Position numbers and translations under genes: made by a program
NCBI GenBank assembly: GCA_021513715.1
Contig: CP084167.1
Coordinates: 2,880,001 to 2,944,000, forward strand
DNA: 64,000 nucleotides
From: Candidatus Heimdallarchaeum endolithica
GTDB lineage: Archaea > Asgardarchaeota > Heimdallarchaeia > Heimdallarchaeales > Heimdallarchaeaceae
Direction: 5' to 3'
Shown here: piece by piece, positions 57,478 through 64,000 of the stretch
How positions within the stretch are numbered: position 1 is the first letter of the stretch
Layout of the letters: every line of letters begins with the position of its first letter
Notes under the pieces: generated by a model
What the model was told of the DNA's origin: nothing
Database searches by the model: none
The model's input: only the letters and a program-made list of their open reading frames with translations

Positions 57478-58626
57478 CTATTTATCCTTTTTCTTTTCAA
57501 CATAGGAATAGAAGATTGTATCTATTTTATTTAGTATTGTTAGAATTTTTTCTAAGTTAATTTTCATTAAGGAATTGTCAGACATATTTAATTCAGTTTC
57601 AAAAACTAATACTTGAATAGGATTCCGTAGTCCATCAATAAGAATTTCTAAATAATCATAACTATTCTCTAGAAAAGAAAACATTTTGTTAGTTTTATCT
57701 TTTTCAACTTTTATTTCCTTATTTCTAGATTTTAACTTAATCTTAATATTGAATATTCTAAAGGTGAAATATGAAATTATTATAGCTGCAAATCCCAAAA
57801 AAATTTTTAAGAATAGAATTAAGTGGTTTTCTTCAGTCTCGAAATAGTTTCTTAGAATATCGTAATAGGCTGAATCTTTATCTTGTTTAAGTTCAGAGAG
57901 ATACTGATCTATTGTTCCAAGTAAATAATACTTATTTAAATTATCTTTTCCTGAAGAAAATCTCAAACTAAGAGGGTTAAAAATTATATCTAACTCTCGA
58001 ATTTTTGAATTTCTCAATTTATCATCATAAAATAAATTATTTACAACTCCTGCATCTAACTTGTTCTTATCTTCTAAATCTGCAACTAAGTCATCATAGT
58101 CTTGATACTCTATAAAAGAACTTTCTATTTTGTATTCATTGAGCAAGTCCTTAATTCCATTTTTACTTTTATAGAGAGGATCATCAACTACAACTCCTAT
58201 TCTTTTATGATGAAGATCAAAAATTGAGTTTATTTCAGAACTAGTTGTTACTACTACTCCCATAGTTGATATAACAGTTTCATTGTTAAATTCTAGATTA
58301 TTATCTGTATCAAAAGAGTAGTCTACTGCTGGAATAATATCAATCTCATTACAAATTGTTTTATTATATATATCTGAAAAATTTCCAAAATAATAATTGA
58401 TTTTCCAATTTACTTTTAAACCAATATATTCGATCAGATCAATAAAAATCCCTTTTATTGAATCATCTTCTTTAAATGAAAAGGGAGGATAATTGTAAAT
58501 ACCTATAGAGACTTCTGTTTGATTGACATCAAAGTTGATTGAGGATACATTATTGTAACCTATAGGATATATAAAGAGACAAACAATAAGAAAAAAAATA
58601 AAAGGTTTCTTTTTGGATAGATTCAT
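57478..58626 (-). CDS. Membrane sensor: family-3 solute-binding domain + TM + degenerate HisKA stub
   Basis: Signal/TM, YPPFSF..GIFIDL SBP_3 motif, second TM, DGLRNPI; no HATPase domain. Confidence 0.7.
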   Translation of the reverse strand: MNLSKKKPFIFFLIVCLFIYPIGYNNVSSINFDVNQTEVSIGIYNYPPFSFKEDDSIKGIFIDLIEYIGLKVNWKINYYFGNFSDIYNKTICNEIDIIPAVDYSFDTDNNLEFNNETVISTMGVVVTTSSEINSIFDLHHKRIGVVVDDPLYKSKNGIKDLLNEYKIESSFIEYQDYDDLVADLEDKNKLDAGVVNNLFYDDKLRNSKIRELDIIFNPLSLRFSSGKDNLNKYYLLGTIDQYLSELKQDKDSAYYDILRNYFETEENHLILFLKIFLGFAAIIISYFTFRIFNIKIKLKSRNKEIKVEKDKTNKMFSFLENSYDYLEILIDGLRNPIQVLVFETELNMSDNSLMKINLEKILTILNKIDTIFYSYVEKKKDK

Positions 58627-58717
58627 TCCTAAAACACGATTAGAATATATTATTATGTTATAATATAGTTGTTCATCTTAATAAAAATTATGCTGTGTCA
58701 ATTTTTGAACTTTAAAA

Positions 58718-58827
58718 TAGTACTTCCGCAATAAGTTGACCGATTTCTATAGGTTAAAATTATAGGCGTTCATACTATCATTGGCGTGTTCTCAATTCAT
58801 ACTTTTTGAGATAATTCGGAAATACTA
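58718..58827. mobile_element. 110-bp MITE, copy 2
   Basis: Matches 50151-50260 except one G>A in the right TIR (58822); TSD degenerate. Confidence 0.9.
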
Positions 58828-58962
58828 TATAAAAAAGTTCTTTACTAAAATGATTTAAAGTATTTGTGAAATTAAATTAAGGCAAAAAATATTTGGAAAT
58901 CGAAATATATGAAATTGATTCCTTTACTAAAGAAATATAAATTTATTACTAATACATTATAT

Positions 58963-58992
58963 TAGTTACTGCTGTAATAGTTACTGCTCTAA
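58963..58992. repeat. 15-bp tandem direct repeat in a divergent promoter region
   Basis: TAGTTACTGCTGTAA / TAGTTACTGCTCTAA. Confidence 0.6.
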
Positions 58993-59145
58993 CAACGAAC
59001 TCGGTTAATAACTTTATTTTTCATAATTTGCAATTAAACTTTTTATGTAATCCTATTTTATGCCAACTATATTATCACTTAAAAACAAAATTTGTCATAT
59101 GATAATATTTATTTTTTTAGTATTAATAGTATTAATCGATAATAA

Positions 59146-59484
59146 ATGAAAATTTTAATCGTAGACGATGATGAAAATATTCGATTTATTTTTTCTAAAG
59201 TGTTACAAGATTATTGTATTAAAACAGCAACTAATGGTTTAGAAGCTTTTGAAATTTCGATATCTTGGAATCCTGATTTAATATTAATGGATATTCGTAT
59301 GCCTAAAATGAGTGGTATTGAAGCAGCAATAAAAATTAAAAATATTAACAAAAATCAGAAAATCATTGGAATTTCAGCTTATAGTGAAATAGAAACTGAA
59401 CATTTGGAAAACAATCCATTTACTACTTTTCTAAGAAAACCAATATCAATTAATCAATTACGTGAAGAAGTGAAAAAGTATTAA
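59146..59484 (+). CDS. Single-domain response regulator (CheY-like)
   Basis: LIVDDD, DLILMDIRMP, SA, KP. Confidence 0.93.
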   Translation: MKILIVDDDENIRFIFSKVLQDYCIKTATNGLEAFEISISWNPDLILMDIRMPKMSGIEAAIKIKNINKNQKIIGISAYSEIETEHLENNPFTTFLRKPISINQLREEVKKY

Positions 59485-60562
59485 CAACATAATAAATTTG
59501 TGTAGTTAAATTTTTATCTAAATTTCTTAACAAACTTGGTTCTTTATTGAAAGAATAGTAATTAATCTTTATAAGATGCGAGTAGCTCAGTATTACTATT
59601 CCTTTAAACTATAAAATATGTTGATACGAAGTGTATCTTAATCTTTAATAATGATAAAGAGAAAAGTATAAAATTAACAAAGAGGGAAACAATTGGAATT
59701 GCTAGGTATAAACTTTTTACCTTCAATCGAAATATCCTTGAAAAGAAAAGAAAGAATCAAAGAAAGTAAAAGTCAACTAGTTTTAGGATATCATGAAGAG
59801 CTTTTTTTACATTTTTGTCAAATTAAAAAATTGGTGTTTAAATAGTGAAAAGACATTATTAATGTAGAGAGTGAAAAAAAAGATAGATGTTAAGAAAAAT
59901 ACTTACTCTCTAAGCTGGCACAACGTGTCAGGATAAAAAAAACATGCGCATAAAGAAAGAAATCAAAGAAAAGTTGAATACGACTTAACTTTCCCGTGTG
60001 AGAGGATTTATTCATCCAGTTTCCACGGTGGAGGAGTGCTCAACCTTCTCCTCTGGCTCAATGAGTGTTTAGATCTCCCTCCTAGACAGATCTTTCCGAG
60101 AGCAAGATTGGCGTACAAAAATATTGTACAAAAATTAAGTTGATGAAGAAAAAATAGCTCTTAAACTTAAAGAAATACTTAGTTGGATTGAACCTTATGG
60201 AAAAATATGTTTCTTGCTCTCTGATAGAAATTCTATGTTTGCATATAGATCCGTTCCTGCTCTATACTATAACCAAGTAGAAAACCTCTTTTCTCTAGTA
60301 TTTCTGTTTCTCTTGACATGTATAAACTAAATTTACATACTAAAAATCTGAAAAACTTAATTCTCATTTCTTTATCACCAAAGGAGGGAAAAAATTGGTC
60401 TTTGATGGAAAGAGGAAAAGTCTATTGTTTTTGTGGTGGTGAAGATATAAGAAACAAAGAAAAAATCTATTGGAGATAGTATGTTTTTTATATCAACCTT
60501 AAAAAATAAACTGGCTTTTAATAAAAACCATATTGTAGAAAAAAAAAGAAATGAATTTGAGG

Positions 60563-61687
60563 TTACCAGATATAGAATAATGCTGTATTACCATCAAATT
60601 CTTGAGGTGCATCTCCACCATGGTTTTTTGGGTAGTTTGCAAAAGCGTAATCAAAGACGTCTTCCATTGGAGTTGCTGTGTCTCCATTATAGTGTCCTAT
60701 TAGACTAAATTCAAGGAAATAGTATGTCCACATTCCATTTTGGTGCTCTGAGTCATCATATCCGTATCCTCTTTGTGTGCAAGTAGTAGTAAGATAAACA
60801 TGTTCACTATTTGGCATGTTCATCAAATCATCTCCAAACCCTCCAGAGTAGCAATGGTCTAAGAAAACGAAAATTCTATCTGCAACAGCATTGTCTAAAA
60901 TTGCTGCTAGTTCTGTGTCATATAGACTTCCATCTTCTCCATTTTCACCCGCATTTTCGTCCCACATGCAGAGGAATGAAGAACCTCTTCCATCCCCAGA
61001 TCCATGCCCACTACTGATAAATGCAATTACATCATCACTATCTGCTGATGCAACCATGTCTTGTAAGGCTTGCTTTACATTGTACTCTGTAGCTAACCCA
61101 TCATATTTTGGATAGTTATTTGAATGCCCATCACCGAGAACAACAATGTGTTCGTATCCAATTCCATGTAAATAGTTATACCAATCTGTTGCATCCTCAT
61201 CACAGTAAGAAAGATCACTTATTGCTTTATAGTCACTAATACCAACTAAAACTGCCCAGTGTTCTACTCCAGTAGGTGGAGGTGGAGGTGCATTATTTGC
61301 AACTGTTACAGAGATGGTGTCAGAACCAGTTTTTCCACCACTATCAGTGGCAATAGCTTCAATTGTGTGAGAGGCATCAGTATAAGTTGTTGTGTCCCAG
61401 TCATATTGATTTGCATGTACAATGAATACATCATCTATATAGATGTCTGCAATGAGATCCCCATCTTCCTTATCTGTGGCTGTGACTAAAATAGTAACAA
61501 CTCCACTAACTGTATCTCCATTAGATGGAGAATCAATGGACACTGTAGGAGCTTTATTTCGACCTGGTGGAGCAGGAGGTTTTGCTCTCACATTAGCCTG
61601 AGTTTGTAATGGTATCATAGTAGTAAAAAAAGCTACGATCACCAAAACTGTAAATACTGTTATCTTTTTTTTCATTTTTTTCACCAA
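60563..61687 (-). CDS. Secreted caspase-family (C14) peptidase with Ig-like domain
   Basis: Signal peptide, Big-type domain, AVLVGISDY, SGHG and DHCYSG His-Cys dyad. Confidence 0.85.
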   Translation of the reverse strand: MVKKMKKKITVFTVLVIVAFFTTMIPLQTQANVRAKPPAPPGRNKAPTVSIDSPSNGDTVSGVVTILVTATDKEDGDLIADIYIDDVFIVHANQYDWDTTTYTDASHTIEAIATDSGGKTGSDTISVTVANNAPPPPPTGVEHWAVLVGISDYKAISDLSYCDEDATDWYNYLHGIGYEHIVVLGDGHSNNYPKYDGLATEYNVKQALQDMVASADSDDVIAFISSGHGSGDGRGSSFLCMWDENAGENGEDGSLYDTELAAILDNAVADRIFVFLDHCYSGGFGDDLMNMPNSEHVYLTTTCTQRGYGYDDSEHQNGMWTYYFLEFSLIGHYNGDTATPMEDVFDYAFANYPKNHGGDAPQEFDGNTALFYIW

Positions 61688-61886
61688 ATAAACTTGGTTG
61701 ATTGAAATTATTTAAACTATTATTTAAATACTATGTTAAAATTATTTCAAATCTTTATTAACTAGTAATGCATAAAAGTAAAAAAGATGGTTTACAAGGT
61801 AAAAGAACTGTTATGATAAAAGATCATTTGAATCCAAATTTGAAGCAACGAAAATAATATTTTATTTTTTTTTTAAAAAAAAAGAG

Positions 61887-62906
61887 TTATGGGGCTTGAA
61901 TTAGACCATAACCAAATTCTGGATCCCAACCAGGTTCTCCAAGATCTAATGCATTGTTGATTAACCAATCTTTAACTGTTGCAGGATCTCTTTGTCCACC
62001 CATTGCTAAATAGAGAGCAACTAAACCACTTACATGTGGGCAAGCCATGGATGTACCAGAGAGCGTATCATAACCTCCGTTTTTGTAGGTGGAATAAATA
62101 CTGACTCCAGGAGCAGCAAAATCTAGAAATGGACCAGAGTTTGAGAAACTGGCAATTGTATCGTCTTTGTCTGTTGCTCCAACAGCTATAACTTCATCGT
62201 ATGCTGCTGGCCAACTGTATTCATCAGTTGTTCCATCACCATCACCCTCATTTCCTGCAGCTGCTACAATAGTAATTCCTGAATTATAGGCATCTATAAT
62301 TGCATTGTGAACATCTTCACCAGGGTCTCCAGAAGCACCAAGTGACATGCTAATAACATCAGCATCGTCTTCTGTACCAACAACACCATCAGGTCCTTCC
62401 ATTGCAAGATATATTCCTGTGATTAAATCATCCCAATCTCCACGACCGCCAGCTCCTAGAACCTTTATGGCATAGATTTGGACATTAGCATACATACCTA
62501 CTACTCCATTGTTGTCTCGAATAGCTCCTATTGTTCCAGCTACGTGAGTTCCATGACCATTTTTATCATCAGGATCTCCTCCTCCTGTAGCGTCAACAGC
62601 CCAAGCAATATTTGGCATTAAGTCTGGATGATCTAAATCGATACCCGAATCCAGAATAGCTACTTGAACTGCAGTTGTATATTGGTCACCATAATAAGCA
62701 CCATTAAAAACTCGTTCGATACCCCACGGAGTCTCTGGATCATCATCTTGCCAATCATAAGTTGTATCATCTCCTCCTCCAAATAGCCAATCAGGAGGAC
62801 CAGCAAGTGCGAAGGATTGTTTAGCGTAACTTGAAATGGGTACAGCGATTAGACCTAGTATTAGGGTTGCTAGTAATATACTTTTTATGCTTTTCATTTT
62901 TATCAC
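61887..62906 (-). CDS. Secreted subtilisin-like S8 serine protease
   Basis: Signal peptide; DSG, HGTH, AAAGN, GTSMA. Confidence 0.95.
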   Translation of the reverse strand: MIKMKSIKSILLATLILGLIAVPISSYAKQSFALAGPPDWLFGGGDDTTYDWQDDDPETPWGIERVFNGAYYGDQYTTAVQVAILDSGIDLDHPDLMPNIAWAVDATGGGDPDDKNGHGTHVAGTIGAIRDNNGVVGMYANVQIYAIKVLGAGGRGDWDDLITGIYLAMEGPDGVVGTEDDADVISMSLGASGDPGEDVHNAIIDAYNSGITIVAAAGNEGDGDGTTDEYSWPAAYDEVIAVGATDKDDTIASFSNSGPFLDFAAPGVSIYSTYKNGGYDTLSGTSMACPHVSGLVALYLAMGGQRDPATVKDWLINNALDLGEPGWDPEFGYGLIQAP

Positions 62907-63151
62907 TTTTTTATATGGTTGTGTTCAACCAAAAGAAAGTTCATATTATCTTATAAAAATATTGTGTCAAATTTTTATTATGGCGTGCAAATATGAAAAT
63001 ACGGCGCACTTACTTGCCTTAGTTTAACAAATTGTTTGCCTTACAAGTTTCTGAAAAAAGGAGTTTAATTACGGGGTGACAGTTGTTTTTTGATAACTGC
63101 AAAAAAGTTGGTTGAGACAAAGGGATAAAAATATAAATATTAATTTGAAAT

Positions 63152-63652
63152 ATGTCTCTGAGTAACATGCAATTGAAAAAGAAATTGTTATTATTAATTA
63201 TTGGTTTCGTAATATTTAGTTCTTTAGTGAGAGCGCTTCCTCAAGATGATTCAGTTTCAACTAACTCTACAGATAATTTGTTGAGACTATCACTTTATGA
63301 TGCTTCTTATAACGATTTTGATGATGATGGAAGAATGGATGATGTTGAATGTTTTCTTGATATCATGATTTCAGATGACTTGAACAGGAAAAATTTTATC
63401 TGTGATATATCAATTTATCTGCCTAATGGAGATAGTTATGAATATAGTATTTTAGTATCTATGAAATATGATAGCATAACACTCAGAATCGTTTTCATGA
63501 ATCATGCATATGTTTCTGGAGATTATAGAATCAAAGTGGAAATAAATTTATTTACATCTGGTTTCTACTATGATGAAACAGAGATAGTTTTTGATCCACC
63601 AAGTGAAGAAATTCCTGATGATGAACCATTTATAACTTACTCCACAGTATAA
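63152..63652 (+). CDS. Exported acidic hypothetical protein
   Basis: Signal peptide; DxDxDG calcium-binding-like motif. Confidence 0.6.
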   Translation: MSLSNMQLKKKLLLLIIGFVIFSSLVRALPQDDSVSTNSTDNLLRLSLYDASYNDFDDDGRMDDVECFLDIMISDDLNRKNFICDISIYLPNGDSYEYSILVSMKYDSITLRIVFMNHAYVSGDYRIKVEINLFTSGFYYDETEIVFDPPSEEIPDDEPFITYSTV

Positions 63653-63703
63653 TTATAATTTAAAGAATATATTTTAAAAAATTCTGAAAGCAGTTGCTAG
63701 AGG

Positions 63704-64000
63704 GTGCCTATTGGATTGATTACAAAAACAGACTACCAATTACTAATCTTATTGCAATCTAAGCCTACAATTAGCTATTCTGATATTGCACGCATTTTTA
63801 ATATAAGTTCAGCAACTGCAAAAAGAAAAATTGTTGAATTAAGAAATAAAGGGTTATATTCTGGTAAGTATGCACAATTTTATCCTACAGCTTTAGGGCT
63901 GAATAAATTTATAGTGGTTTCTTTTGTTAAGAGTATTAAGCAAATTTTAATGCTTGAAAAAGCTCTACGAGAACACCCTTATACAATTCACAGATCAAGG
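63704..64000 (+). CDS. Lrp/AsnC-type HTH regulator (partial, runs off the window)
   Basis: Not in the ORF track; GTG 63704 opens MPIGLITKTDYQLLILLQSKPTISYSDIARIFNISSATAKRKIVELRNKG...LGL. Confidence 0.75.
   Translation, partial: MPIGLITKTDYQLLILLQSKPTISYSDIARIFNISSATAKRKIVELRNKGLYSGKYAQFYPTALGLNKFIVVSFVKSIKQILMLEKALREHPYTIHRSR

Overview
AT-rich archaeal chromosome segment, most likely from an Asgard archaeon (Heimdallarchaeia-like). This is an inference from topoisomerase VI, BRE/TATA promoters, a Ras-superfamily GTPase and several eukaryote-like proteins. (1) 3.1-15.1 kb: a 13-gene operon joining a 2-oxoacid:ferredoxin oxidoreductase (korDABG), HdrABC-MvhADG hydrogenase and an anchorless fumarate-reductase-like pair; gdhA lies nearby. 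(2) 17.6-40.7 kb: a cluster of unusual eukaryote-like genes. It holds a 4304-aa TopoVI-B (GHKL/transducer core, ~3500 aa of tandem HhH-like repeats, histone-H1-like Lys/Thr/Ala tail), a TopoVI-A with an N-terminal ubiquitin-like domain, a CD36/SR-B-like receptor with an inserted beta-propeller, and two divergent tubulin/FtsZ-family proteins flanking pyk. (3) 40.7-42.7 kb: a broken FAD/CCG oxidoreductase with a structured non-coding insert at the break. (4) 44-48 kb: a tungsten AOR cluster. (5) 50-64 kb: accessory region with a decayed ISH3/IS4-type element, two 110-bp MITEs related to it, a truncated sensor plus response regulator, and secreted caspase-like and subtilisin proteases. No rRNA, tRNA or CRISPR array was seen. 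All family assignments are from motif reading by eye; no searches were run.
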